Shown here in pieces: positions 32,238 through 42,027 of a DNA stretch of 64,000 bases. Position 1 is the first letter of the stretch. Each line of letters begins with the position of its first letter. The notes beneath the pieces were generated by a model. It worked only from the letters and a program-made list of their open reading frames with translations. It did no database searches and was not told the DNA's origin. Source of the DNA: a virus; the IMG/VR virus record IMGVR_UViG_3300043466_002106, positions 2,470-66,469 of that record; one strand, written 5' to 3'. A program made the translations under genes and the position numbers.

Positions 32238-32375
32238 TTTTTTTTAATTTTAAAATAGTTAATGACTATGTTACCAATACCTTTGTGTCCGTGAATACTC
32301 TACAGCTTTTAAGGGCTGGGGACTGATAAACTAAAATCTAACAATAAATATACTCCAACTTAAAATTGTGTAAAC

Positions 32376-32405
32376 AAAAAAAGGAGACAATTTCTTGTCT
32401 CCTTT
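32376..32405 (-). terminator. intrinsic terminator after the major capsid gene
   Basis: AAGGAGACAA/TTGTCTCCTT hairpin with T-run on the minus strand. Confidence 0.85.
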
Positions 32406-32425
32406 CTTATAGGGTAAGATATTGA

Positions 32426-34228
32426 TTATCTCAATTCTCTTAAGTCGAATGTTCTTACTCCATCAACTGTGATACGTCCGTAGAAACGGTTGTTAACCAT
32501 TTTCTTAGCGTAACGTGTCATAATACCTTTGATAGGTGTGAAGTTGAATGGATTGTACATTGTAGGTGTTAATTGTAGAGGTACATACGGTGCGTAGATG
32601 TAACCTGTGTCAAGTAAAGATGTACCTTTGTGACCCAACAACACTTGGTTTGGTGGGAAGTAAGGGTCTCTATACACTTGGTAACGACCTGCCAATGTAC
32701 CAACTCTTTCAATACCCATGTTGTATTGGTCTTGCTCAGGAGCCGCGTTTGATACGTGGAAGTATTCCAAGTCATCAAAGATAGCACTGATTTCAGAAGA
32801 AACAACAATCCAGTTAGCTCCACCTCTTAAGGTAGATTTGTGGATTTGAGCCGAAATTTGGTTGATAGCTGTAATCAATGTTTGATTCCAGTCTTTTTGA
32901 GTGTAAGGAACTGCACTTGAACCAAGACGCTTCCATCCGTTGTAATCCCAACGTAAGTTCCAAGCCGCACCTTTACGTAAATCTCTTAAGATTTCACGGT
33001 CGATTTCAGCCGCAACTTGCTCAGACAATAAAGCTGTTAATTCAGCTTCAGCGTCGATGTTGTGGAATGCTGCAACGTCTTGAGCCATTTCTGGTGACCA
33101 TTGAGCTCTTAATTTTCTTTCTGTTACAGAAACTGTAACTGACATAAGGTCGAAAGATACCTCACCGATTCTATCTTCAAACTCTAAGTTTTTGTAGATT
33201 CTGTATTTAGCAGTAAATGCGTCGTTAACTGTTGTATCAGATGCAAATGTTGAACCTGTATAACCGTCCATAGAACCACCACAAGTGATACAAACTGGTA
33301 CTTGTAAATCAACTTCTAAGTAAATTTTACCTTCAGTATCACATAAGTTGTCATATTGACCACCATCAGTTTTACTGTTAGGGAATACTAACGTTTCGTT
33401 GTTATTACCATATTGTACGATACCTTTACCATATCTTTGAGTTACAACTCTAAATAAGTAAGGGTTAGTTGTGTTACCTGATGTGAAAGCGTTACCAGTA
33501 GCACCATAAATAGTTAAATCAGATAAGAACGCTTCGTTGTCCATTGGTTGACCATCAGGACCGATTAATTTACCTGCTCCATCAGATGCAAAACCTGACA
33601 TAACGATTAACACTTTTCTGTAATTATCCTCAGTATAAGCTGAAGGAACTAATTGGTCAGCTAACCATGAAACTGTTGTTACGTTTGCAGTTATTGCAGA
33701 AAATTGTCCTTTAGAATAGTCGAACAATCCTGGAGGGTCCAAAGCTGGTTCGTTACCTTCGTAGAATCTATCGTAAAGGTCTTTAGTGTTATTGTAGTCA
33801 TAACCACTGTTTGGTGTTTGTCCTGCCGCAGCGTTTGGTGAACCATAAGGTGCGTAGTGAATACCAGTATTCGCATTTGATTCATCAGTGTAAGCCTGAA
33901 TGTTAGGTACGAAGTAGAATAATTTACCGATAGGTAAGTTCATAGCTTGTACAGAAACGATGTCGTTCGCTAATAATTTAGAGAATACACGTCTTACAAT
34001 TGGGAAAACAACTGTTTCAAATGCACCTGTATCAGATGTAGATGATGCTTCGTTAATCAAGTACGATGCTTGGTTTTCGTATAATTGTGCTACGTTTTCT
34101 CTCATGTGACCTTTAAGACCCTCTAAGAATCCTAATTTGTCCCATTTGTTGATTGTGTCTTCTTTGATAACTTTAAGGTGTTTTAAACCGATGTTACCTA
34201 CAAGACCTGATTCTAATAATGCTCCCAT
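32426..34228 (-). CDS. major capsid protein (T4 gp23-like)
   Basis: PIVRRVF..L.A.DIVSVQAMNLPIG; RKLRAQWSPEMAQDVAAFHNIDAEAELT..LSEQVAAEIDREIL; GYIYAPYVPL; FTPIKGIMTRY. Confidence 0.97.
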   Translation of the reverse strand: MGALLESGLVGNIGLKHLKVIKEDTINKWDKLGFLEGLKGHMRENVAQLYENQASYLINEASSTSDTGAFETVVFPIVRRVFSKLLANDIVSVQAMNLPIGKLFYFVPNIQAYTDESNANTGIHYAPYGSPNAAAGQTPNSGYDYNNTKDLYDRFYEGNEPALDPPGLFDYSKGQFSAITANVTTVSWLADQLVPSAYTEDNYRKVLIVMSGFASDGAGKLIGPDGQPMDNEAFLSDLTIYGATGNAFTSGNTTNPYLFRVVTQRYGKGIVQYGNNNETLVFPNSKTDGGQYDNLCDTEGKIYLEVDLQVPVCITCGGSMDGYTGSTFASDTTVNDAFTAKYRIYKNLEFEDRIGEVSFDLMSVTVSVTERKLRAQWSPEMAQDVAAFHNIDAEAELTALLSEQVAAEIDREILRDLRKGAAWNLRWDYNGWKRLGSSAVPYTQKDWNQTLITAINQISAQIHKSTLRGGANWIVVSSEISAIFDDLEYFHVSNAAPEQDQYNMGIERVGTLAGRYQVYRDPYFPPNQVLLGHKGTSLLDTGYIYAPYVPLQLTPTMYNPFNFTPIKGIMTRYAKKMVNNRFYGRITVDGVRTFDLRELR

Positions 34229-34270
34229 TTTAGTATTTGTTTTGTTTTTAGTTTATTTTTATTTATTTTT

Positions 34271-35821
34271 TTAACCAATTTTACCCATTAAATCCTTCAT
34301 TCTTAAGAATTGTGGATTTTCATAAGTTTTTGATTCAATCAATGTTGTTGATGAACCTGTAGTAACAGTTTTGTTTAATTTTTGACCTACTGATTCATTA
34401 ATTGATTTTGTATCTACCTGAGATAATTCGTCTTTGATTGACTTATAAAGATTTTTAGATTCTTTTAAAGTTTCAACATCATCAAATCTTCTTAGGATAT
34501 TTAATTTTTCTTTTTTAGTAGTTGAGTGTTCTGTGAACAATCTTGTAGCGTAAGCCAAGTTTGAATTAAAGATTGCAACTTCGTTAAGTTTTTCTCTAAA
34601 TACATTCAATGCTTTTCTGTACTCTTCATTTTTTTCTCTCAACATTCTAACTTCTTCTTGGGTAGATTCAACTTTAACACCACTATTACTATAGTTATAG
34701 TTTCTGTTATTTGTGATGCCCTTTCTTAATCCTCTACCTTCTTTGGAACCCATTCCGTATGTTCTAGCAGCTTCTTTAGTTTCTACTTTTTCAAAAGCTT
34801 TTTCTCCTTTAGAATTTGTCATACCTTTTTTAGTGGTGAAATCTTCTTTACCTTTCATAGTTTTAGATTTGTCACCCTTATTCATTCCGTAATCACCTTC
34901 TTTAGTTTCTGCTTTAACAACTTTAGATTTTCCTTCCATATTTGCACCTTTCTTGTATTCGAATTTTGCTTTACCAGTACCTACTGATTTAGGACCTTGT
35001 TTTTTCTTTTCATCGAATCCGCCTTTAGCTTTATCTTTGTAAGAAAATTTAGGACCTGAGCCAATTCCAACACCCTTAGGTTTGTAAGTTTCATTTGTTA
35101 AATCGTCCATGTCGTCTTCTTCCATCATTTCGTCAGATTCTTCTTCCATCATGTCGTCTTCTTCCATCATGTCGTCAGATTCTTCTTCCATCATGTCGTC
35201 TTCATCATCTAATGTGATTTCATAAACAACTTCTTCATCATCGAAATCTTCCATATCTGATGAATCAACATCTGATACGTCACCACTATCAGAGAAAATA
35301 GCGTTAATAACGTCATCAACTGATTCGTCTTGTTCGTCGTAATTCATATCATCTTCTTGCATTAATTCGTCTTCTTCAGACTCACCAAGCTTAACAAGAT
35401 ATTCTACGTCAGCATCATCATCGGATAAATGAACGTTTTCACCATCTTTTTTAACAATGATACCGTCATCTTCACCCATAGCTTTGAATACTTTCAAGAT
35501 TTCCTCGTCAGAAGCGTCAGTTAAATCTATTGGACTTTCTTCTGAATCCATGTCCATATCCATGTCCATATCCATGTCTTCTTCATCAGAACCCATTTCC
35601 ATATCAACGTCCATTTCCATTTCATCGTTATCAGCATCCGTATCAACGTCTGCATCTACATCAATCTCCTCATCATCCTGTTCGGAAAGAGATTCTTTTA
35701 CTAATTGGTTGATTTCCTCCTTCATTGTAGAAGCAAGTATTCCTTTTGCATTTTCGGCTATGACATCTTCAACTTGTTTCATTTGAATAAGAGCCTCTTG
35801 AACTAATTTGTTTTCTTTCAT
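34271..35821 (-). CDS. prohead core/scaffolding protein
   Basis: very acidic, coiled-coil C-terminus, lies between protease and MCP. Confidence 0.75.
   Translation of the reverse strand: MKENKLVQEALIQMKQVEDVIAENAKGILASTMKEEINQLVKESLSEQDDEEIDVDADVDTDADNDEMEMDVDMEMGSDEEDMDMDMDMDMDSEESPIDLTDASDEEILKVFKAMGEDDGIIVKKDGENVHLSDDDADVEYLVKLGESEEDELMQEDDMNYDEQDESVDDVINAIFSDSGDVSDVDSSDMEDFDDEEVVYEITLDDEDDMMEEESDDMMEEDDMMEEESDEMMEEDDMDDLTNETYKPKGVGIGSGPKFSYKDKAKGGFDEKKKQGPKSVGTGKAKFEYKKGANMEGKSKVVKAETKEGDYGMNKGDKSKTMKGKEDFTTKKGMTNSKGEKAFEKVETKEAARTYGMGSKEGRGLRKGITNNRNYNYSNSGVKVESTQEEVRMLREKNEEYRKALNVFREKLNEVAIFNSNLAYATRLFTEHSTTKKEKLNILRRFDDVETLKESKNLYKSIKDELSQVDTKSINESVGQKLNKTVTTGSSTTLIESKTYENPQFLRMKDLMGKIG
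35106..35200. repeat. imperfect tandem repeats encoding (D)DMMEEE(S)D in the scaffold gene
   Basis: repeated tcttcttccatcat(g/t)tcgtc units. Confidence 0.7.
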
Positions 35822-35923
35822 GAAAATCTATTATTTTTACAATATAAATAGTGTCAAATAATAAAAAATTCACTTTTATGGTTATGTAATCTTATTTTTA
35901 TTTTTACAAAAAGTTTAGAGCAT

Positions 35924-35950
35924 AAAAAAAGTGGTTGTTAAACCACTTTA
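35924..35950 (-). terminator. intrinsic terminator
   Basis: AAAGTGGTT/AACCACTTT hairpin with a flanking A/T run. Confidence 0.7.
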
Positions 35951-35954
35951 TTTT

Positions 35955-36164
35955 TTATTCAATTACTTCATCAATTTTACTTTCTGATACTGAAGTTATC
36001 CTCCAATCATTTGTAAATCCTTGATACTTTTCCGTAACCTTAGCTTCAACATCGGTTACTGAGAATCCTTTAACAAGTTTCTCTTCTCTAATTTTTTTAA
36101 TTTTACCAGTATTCTCGTCAGGTAAATCGTACTGAATTTTTGCTACAAAATATTTTTCGTCCAT
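35955..36164 (-). CDS. DUF4494-like small protein
   Basis: F..K..Y...E..G..KK..E..LV...S.T..EA pattern recalled from the Bacteroidota DUF4494 family. Confidence 0.55.
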   Translation of the reverse strand: MDEKYFVAKIQYDLPDENTGKIKKIREEKLVKGFSVTDVEAKVTEKYQGFTNDWRITSVSESKIDEVIE

Positions 36165-36170
36165 AATTTA

Positions 36171-36893
36171 TTATTTTCCCAAATAATCGGTTAATTTTCT
36201 CATTAAGTCAACTCCTTTAGATTGAAATTCCGAATTTTCAGGTGATTTGTATTTTTTTTCTTCTTCCAAGTTTTCTTCATACTTGTCTCTATCATTAGGA
36301 TTACCAAATAAGTAAGCTCCTGGTGTAGATGGAGATGATACCAAGTCAAAACAGATTAATTCGAAATCATCCTGTACTTCATTTCTTTCACCAACTTTTT
36401 TCAAAGAACCTACCCCTCTTGAAGAAACTCCCATAGTAACACCTTGTCTCATTAAGTTAGCCGCTTGGTCTCCTTTAGTAGAAACAATACCTCTTTCATG
36501 AAATCCTGGTGATGTTAACAATTTAAGTTTACCCATCAAGATATTTTTATCCCACCATATGTCTGTGATAATATGGGATACTCTATCCAAGTCAATTAAA
36601 GATGATTCAGGGTGATTAAGTTCTGAAGTAGACAAACCTTTAGCAATTGCCTTTTTATAGTTCTCAGCTTCTCTCTTTAATATTCTCTCAGGATAAAATC
36701 TTCCATTTCTATTTGGTGTATCGTATTTCTGTAATACCGCATAAAATTCAAAAGGATTTCTATAATCTAATTCTTTTGCTTCTCTTAACATCTCGGCGTT
36801 ACGAACATCTTTTGGTGATATCCAACCTGCATCGGTTTCAACCAATATTCCATGACCTACTTCACTTGCTTCTAAAATTCTTAATTGTTTCAT
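36171..36893 (-). CDS. prohead core protein protease (T4 gp21-like)
   Basis: NRNGRFY, ELNHP, GVSSRGVGS, FDLVSSPSTPGAY. Confidence 0.95.
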   Translation of the reverse strand: MKQLRILEASEVGHGILVETDAGWISPKDVRNAEMLREAKELDYRNPFEFYAVLQKYDTPNRNGRFYPERILKREAENYKKAIAKGLSTSELNHPESSLIDLDRVSHIITDIWWDKNILMGKLKLLTSPGFHERGIVSTKGDQAANLMRQGVTMGVSSRGVGSLKKVGERNEVQDDFELICFDLVSSPSTPGAYLFGNPNDRDKYEENLEEEKKYKSPENSEFQSKGVDLMRKLTDYLGK

Positions 36894-36938
36894 GAATTCG
36901 TTTTAAGATAAATATACGATATAAGTATCTTTTTAAGG

Positions 36939-37370
36939 TTAATCGTTTTTTGATGGTGAAAAATCGAAGTATTTGTTTTGGATTACATTCTCTTTTACTA
37001 TACTTTTGATAATTGTTTTAACTGAATTTTTAATTTCTTGAGATTTAAAATCCATTTCATTGTTGGTATATAAATTAACCTCTAAATTTAAAAAGGATTT
37101 TTTTCCGTGTGAAATTCCACTTGTTCTTAGGTCTAAATCAACTATACTCTGTTCTTTGAATAATTCGTGGTTTATGGAGTTATAGACTGAATGTTTGATA
37201 TCTCTACTTAAATTACAGACAATTCGATTCCAATTGTCGTGTTCAAATTTTGGGGTTACCCATGATTGTATGTTTATGTATAACGATTTCAAATTTTTTG
37301 AATCTACCGTTCCGTATACAGATTTAATTGGGTTGTAGAGATTTAACTTTACACTTTTTCCTTTTTTCAT
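36939..37370 (-). CDS. hypothetical phage protein
   Basis: 143 aa ORF in the head module. Confidence 0.6.
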   Translation of the reverse strand: MKKGKSVKLNLYNPIKSVYGTVDSKNLKSLYINIQSWVTPKFEHDNWNRIVCNLSRDIKHSVYNSINHELFKEQSIVDLDLRTSGISHGKKSFLNLEVNLYTNNEMDFKSQEIKNSVKTIIKSIVKENVIQNKYFDFSPSKND

Positions 37371-37468
37371 TAAGTTTCATGTTGTCAATGTTTATTTGTT
37401 TGTTAAAAAATAACAAATTTTATAGGGATTGTCAAAAACTTTCAGAAAAATTAAGATATTTGTATTAT

Positions 37469-37657
37469 ATGTTAAAAGTAGATGTAAAAAAAGATGGGAT
37501 AGAAAAAGCCCTAAAGACATTAAAGTCAAAAGTAATTAAAACTAAACAAAATCAGATGTTGTTTGGTAAGAAAGAATTTGTTAAAAAATCGGTGGAAAGA
37601 AGACAACAAAAGTTGAAAGCGTCTTACGTTCAAAAGATGAAATCTAAATTAGATTGA
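37469..37657 (+). CDS. rpsU: ribosomal protein bS21 (phage-encoded)
   Basis: 62 aa: IEKALK..K.K..KT....L..K..F.K.SV.RR....KASYVQ, a Bacteroidota-type bS21; start ATG 37469. Confidence 0.85.
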   Translation: MLKVDVKKDGIEKALKTLKSKVIKTKQNQMLFGKKEFVKKSVERRQQKLKASYVQKMKSKLD

Positions 37658-38350
37658 TTCTTCTAAGCCTTTTAACTTAAGGAAATTAAGCTGGTCAAAT
37701 TTTTCGACTTTCAATCTATCGATTGTTTCTGACAATTTTGTCTTAATTTCAAACTCGTTTTCGTTTTCTAAAAGAGTGTTCAATTTAGTTATTGTACTCT
37801 CTCTTAAAGTTTCAAATTTTTCTTTAAGTAATGAAGTATCTTCAGACATTAATTGAATGAATTCTTTTTTTGCGGTTTCGTCAAGATTATCAATATAGTT
37901 ATTCAAAGTGTGATTAGCAATAGAAATCATAGATTTTAAAGGAATGTTGATTGTTTCCTTTATGGTTGATTTTTTGTCTAACGTTAATGTTTGAATTAAA
38001 TTTTTCTTAGATTTTAATCTCTCCATTAAATCTAACTTGTTTGTGTATACAAGAACATCAACGTCAGAATATTTGTTCTCAACGTTTTCAGTTACAGTTT
38101 TTGGAGTTTTAATTGACGGTAATAGTTTTTGAATTAAACTAACACCTTCATCAAGAAAGTCTTTGGCGTCATTTTCAGTTAATCCTTGAGGTGTTGTTAA
38201 TTGGTCGTATAAAGAATATAATTTTGACATATTCTTATTGCTCAAAACATTGTGTTTGAACTCTTTTAACGATTTTTTAAACTCCTGCTCATTTTTGTAG
38301 GATTCTAATAAATTGTTTTCAATTATGGATTTAATTTGTCCGAAAGTCAT
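37649..38350 (-). CDS. hypothetical head-module protein
   Basis: ATG 38350 (MTFGQIKS) downstream of TATTTAT 38367-38373. Confidence 0.65.
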   Translation of the reverse strand: MTFGQIKSIIENNLLESYKNEQEFKKSLKEFKHNVLSNKNMSKLYSLYDQLTTPQGLTENDAKDFLDEGVSLIQKLLPSIKTPKTVTENVENKYSDVDVLVYTNKLDLMERLKSKKNLIQTLTLDKKSTIKETINIPLKSMISIANHTLNNYIDNLDETAKKEFIQLMSEDTSLLKEKFETLRESTITKLNTLLENENEFEIKTKLSETIDRLKVEKFDQLNFLKLKGLEESI

Positions 38351-38373
38351 TTTGTCTGTTTTCAATATAAATA

Positions 38374-40221
38374 TTACGAGTTTAACAACTTATCTAATTC
38401 TTTTGAAATTTCTCCTAAAGAATCTTGACCTTGGTCTAAATTAAAAAATCTGTTTTGTTTTGCAAATCCACTTTCTAAAAGAATATTCATTCTTTCTTTT
38501 TTGGATTCAGGTGTAACCTCACCTCCTGCTGGTGGAGTTTCTTCCGCCGCTGGTGGAGCTTCTTCACCCCCTGCAGGTGCGGTTTCAAATCCTCCGCCAC
38601 CAAATGAAGGAACTGCCCCCATATCTTCATCTCCTGTGGTTGCCGCTGCAGTTGCAGTACCACCTGTAGTACTTCCGTATAACTTGTCAATATTATCAAA
38701 TAAACCTGTTTTGGTAATAACTGTAGGAGTTGCTTTAAGTTCTTCACCAACCGCTCTTTCAATTCTTTGTTGTTGTAAATCCAATCTGATTTCTTCATCA
38801 GACCAACCAAAGATGTGTTTCTTAGCCCATGTAGATGATGTAGGTTGAATACCGTTTCCAGGGTCAGCAACCAAATCTTTATACAATAATACTTTTTCTT
38901 TCCATACGTCGATTTTTAATAAATCTGCTTGGGTAGAAGGGTTAGTAAGACCTAACGTAAAGTTTTGTAATTCGTCTTCAAATCCTAATAAGAATAAGTG
39001 AACGATTGCAATTTTGTTTAACTCGGCAATCATGCTTTTTTGAATTCTGTTGATTGTACGAGCAAAACGAATATCTTGTAATGATAAGTTTTTACCATCA
39101 CCAACAACTTCTTCAAATCCTAAAAACGCTTTAGGAACACGAAGTGCGGTTAATAATTTCTTTTGAATATATTCAATATCGGCAATCTCTGATAAGTTTG
39201 TTGCTCCAGGTAATGTTGTTATTGGGTCTGGTGCCGCAGGGTCACGAACAGGGATAAAATAATCTTGGTCAACAGCCATTTGGTTGAATCTCATATCTAC
39301 GTTTCCTGTTTTTGAATCCACAACTTGTTCTCTTTTGAACTTGTTGGCAACACGGTTTACGTATGCTTCAACGTCATCGTCATTCATGTTACCCACGAAT
39401 ACTTTAAACATTCTTCTTTCAGGTGCTCTTGATGTACGATAAATTAACATTGCATCTTCTGATAACAATAACTGTTTCCAAATACGTCTCGCCTTTTCCA
39501 ACATAGATGTACCATAAGGAAGTTTTCTGTCATCACCTAATAATCTGAAGTGAGCAATCTCCCATGATTGGAATTCCATGTTTCTATTTTTCCAAGTAAA
39601 GTGAAGAGCCTTTTTGTTCTCATCTTTTTCTTGTGTAATATCAATAGTGATTTTGGCAGTTACACCAACCTCATGACGTTCAATTTCAATTGTTGGTAAT
39701 TGTTGACAACCGACAATCCCTTTTTCAGGGTCTAATTTAAGGTAAACAAAGTTATCACCATACTTACAAGTGTTTCTTGTCCACATCGGTAAGTTAGTGT
39801 TAATATCAAGGGCATTGTTAAATAAATCTGCCAATACAGATTTAATTCTTTTTGATTCAGAATAGATTTGTAAAATAAAACCATCTTCATTTGTTGTTGT
39901 AGATTCTTCAGAATAGATATCTAATGCCGCAGAAATCTCAGGTGTATACTCCATTGACTCGTAGTCATATTGGGCAGACAATCTTGATGGTTCATAATAA
40001 ATTGCTTGGGAATATAAGTTGTTTTCAACTTTAGCCCATTGATTTGTTAAATAAAATGTTTGTTGAGCTTGGAGTTTCTCCCTTTCATAATCATCACGGT
40101 TTGTGGTACGTAGGAGTTCCTTTTTATCGAACTTAAACGTCGGATAATCTTGTTTCAATAATGAATTTGGCCCGAATGTTTGGGATAACCTCTGCCATAC
40201 CGTTAGATTTTGTTCGCTCAT
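38374..40221 (-). CDS. portal protein (T4 gp20-like)
   Basis: EDAMLIYRTSRAPERRMFKVFVGNM, DYFIPVR, ITTLPGA.NL..I.DIEY...KL..ALRVP. Confidence 0.95.
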   Translation of the reverse strand: MSEQNLTVWQRLSQTFGPNSLLKQDYPTFKFDKKELLRTTNRDDYEREKLQAQQTFYLTNQWAKVENNLYSQAIYYEPSRLSAQYDYESMEYTPEISAALDIYSEESTTTNEDGFILQIYSESKRIKSVLADLFNNALDINTNLPMWTRNTCKYGDNFVYLKLDPEKGIVGCQQLPTIEIERHEVGVTAKITIDITQEKDENKKALHFTWKNRNMEFQSWEIAHFRLLGDDRKLPYGTSMLEKARRIWKQLLLSEDAMLIYRTSRAPERRMFKVFVGNMNDDDVEAYVNRVANKFKREQVVDSKTGNVDMRFNQMAVDQDYFIPVRDPAAPDPITTLPGATNLSEIADIEYIQKKLLTALRVPKAFLGFEEVVGDGKNLSLQDIRFARTINRIQKSMIAELNKIAIVHLFLLGFEDELQNFTLGLTNPSTQADLLKIDVWKEKVLLYKDLVADPGNGIQPTSSTWAKKHIFGWSDEEIRLDLQQQRIERAVGEELKATPTVITKTGLFDNIDKLYGSTTGGTATAAATTGDEDMGAVPSFGGGGFETAPAGGEEAPPAAEETPPAGGEVTPESKKERMNILLESGFAKQNRFFNLDQGQDSLGEISKELDKLLNS

Positions 40222-40261
40222 ATTACAATCTTACTAATTACTTTGATAATATAAATACTTA

Positions 40262-42022
40262 TCAGCCACCAAATAGCCATCCGTATTTTTGGTAATCAGC
40301 TTTAGTTGCTTCACCATGATTACCCATACCATTACCTCTACCCATCTGTGGAACCATTGGATTAAAGAATTCGGAAGAGTTTTTGTTCTCATTAACATTG
40401 GTTGCCCATGAGTTAATCATTGCTTTAGTGTGGTTAGTAACCTTTTCTAAAGATTGGAATGATTTTTCAGCGACATATAATGCCATAGAAACTCCCATGA
40501 TACAGTCATCATGGTGTCCTTTTTGGTGGTCTGGTCTTCCATTAATGTAAATGAAGGTATTCATCTCATTATATAATCTGCTCGAATATACTTTAAATCC
40601 GTGTCTAACATTTTCTTCAAATGCAGCAATAATCTGAACCCTTTTTGAGTTAAAGTTAATACCTGGTATCTTATCGTTAATTTTTGGGTCCCATTTCCAC
40701 TTATTACTTGTATCAACATTATCAACGTATAATCCACCTTGATAACTTAATTCTTGTAATTTTCTTGCGGTAGAAATGCCCATACCTCCCGTGATATCAA
40801 TTACACAGTAAGCATTATACATTGTCCCCCATTTATAAGCAATTTCTGCTAATACATCTGGTGGAACCTTGGCAACATATTCCAATACTTGTTCTCTTGT
40901 GTCAAAATCAATAATTTCAATACTTGAGAAGTCTTCGGAGTCACCTCTTGATACATCGACACCCATTACGTACTTATGTCCGTTTACAGGCTCTTTAAAT
41001 ATCCATAGTGAACCTCCCATTAACTTGGCTTGTGGGTCACGTAAACTATTTTTAGAGATTTCTTGCATCAATTCAGATTCGAATACATTATCACCCGAAC
41101 CTAAAAAGTCACATTCTAACTCTTGAGCAACTTTACGTCTATCAAACTTTAATTTCTTAACCATACTTTCAAACCAAGCGGAACATGGTTTGTATCCTTG
41201 TTCAATATAGTCAGTTACAATGGTATGGTCTCTTTCGTATGGATTTTCCATAGATAAGTCAATAACATCTTTGTCAGAATATTCTTCTCGGTTTAATAAG
41301 AAATGGACCAAGTCAGGAGTTTTAACCATATACAAATCTTTTGTATATCTTGGGTCACGATACCAAAACATCTCAGATATTTTGAAATCGTTCATGTTCC
41401 TTAATGACTGGTCGTAGATTTCATAATAGATGGGGTCATATCCGTTTGGTGTGGATACAACAATTACCTTACCACCCGTAGATAGTGAAGCCATACAGGC
41501 TGACCAGAAGTCTGAGTCTGCCTCGATAAACGCCGCCTCGTCAAATACAAGGATGGTGGGAGTATAACCCCTCAAGGCATCTCGTGAGGTAGCCACGGCT
41601 TTAACTTCACAGTTGTTGGTTAATTTAAAATGTCGTTGTGAATTTTTTTCTTTTGAGAATCCAACACCAACCCATTCAGGCCATTGTTCTGTGAACCCCC
41701 TAACCTTATTTGCCATCTCCATAGATGTATCCAATTTGTTGGCAATAATAAGAATTTTTTCTGGTTTGTTTTTCTTGGCAAAAACCAATCTTTTTGATAT
41801 CCAAGCTGCAGTTACTGTGGATACACCCGCCTGACGATACTTTAACGCAATGTTTTCGTTGTATGTGTCATAGTCTTCTATAAGACTAACTTGGTCGGGG
41901 AATAAATCTAATGGGACGTATTTTGATACGGTATTATCGTATGTCTGTAAATAAGTACGAAGTGCATAAGGTGTGTTCCTCATACACTTCGTTACCTCTA
42001 TAATCAGTTGTTCTTTATTCAC
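40262..42022 (-). CDS. terminase large subunit (T4 gp17-like)
   Basis: KYRQAGVST (deviant Walker A), FDEAAF, STPNG, QELECDFLGS, GVDVSRG..EDFS, HDDCIM. Confidence 0.95.
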   Translation of the reverse strand: MNKEQLIIEVTKCMRNTPYALRTYLQTYDNTVSKYVPLDLFPDQVSLIEDYDTYNENIALKYRQAGVSTVTAAWISKRLVFAKKNKPEKILIIANKLDTSMEMANKVRGFTEQWPEWVGVGFSKEKNSQRHFKLTNNCEVKAVATSRDALRGYTPTILVFDEAAFIEADSDFWSACMASLSTGGKVIVVSTPNGYDPIYYEIYDQSLRNMNDFKISEMFWYRDPRYTKDLYMVKTPDLVHFLLNREEYSDKDVIDLSMENPYERDHTIVTDYIEQGYKPCSAWFESMVKKLKFDRRKVAQELECDFLGSGDNVFESELMQEISKNSLRDPQAKLMGGSLWIFKEPVNGHKYVMGVDVSRGDSEDFSSIEIIDFDTREQVLEYVAKVPPDVLAEIAYKWGTMYNAYCVIDITGGMGISTARKLQELSYQGGLYVDNVDTSNKWKWDPKINDKIPGINFNSKRVQIIAAFEENVRHGFKVYSSRLYNEMNTFIYINGRPDHQKGHHDDCIMGVSMALYVAEKSFQSLEKVTNHTKAMINSWATNVNENKNSSEFFNPMVPQMGRGNGMGNHGEATKADYQKYGWLFGG

Positions 42023-42027
42023 ACATG

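Noticed and set aside
41817-41846. TerL Walker A lacks the usual GKS/T lysine (KYRQAGVST)
   Set aside because: Deviant Walker A motifs with the Lys at the start of the loop are known in terminases; the other motifs are intact, so it is neither a pseudogene nor novel.
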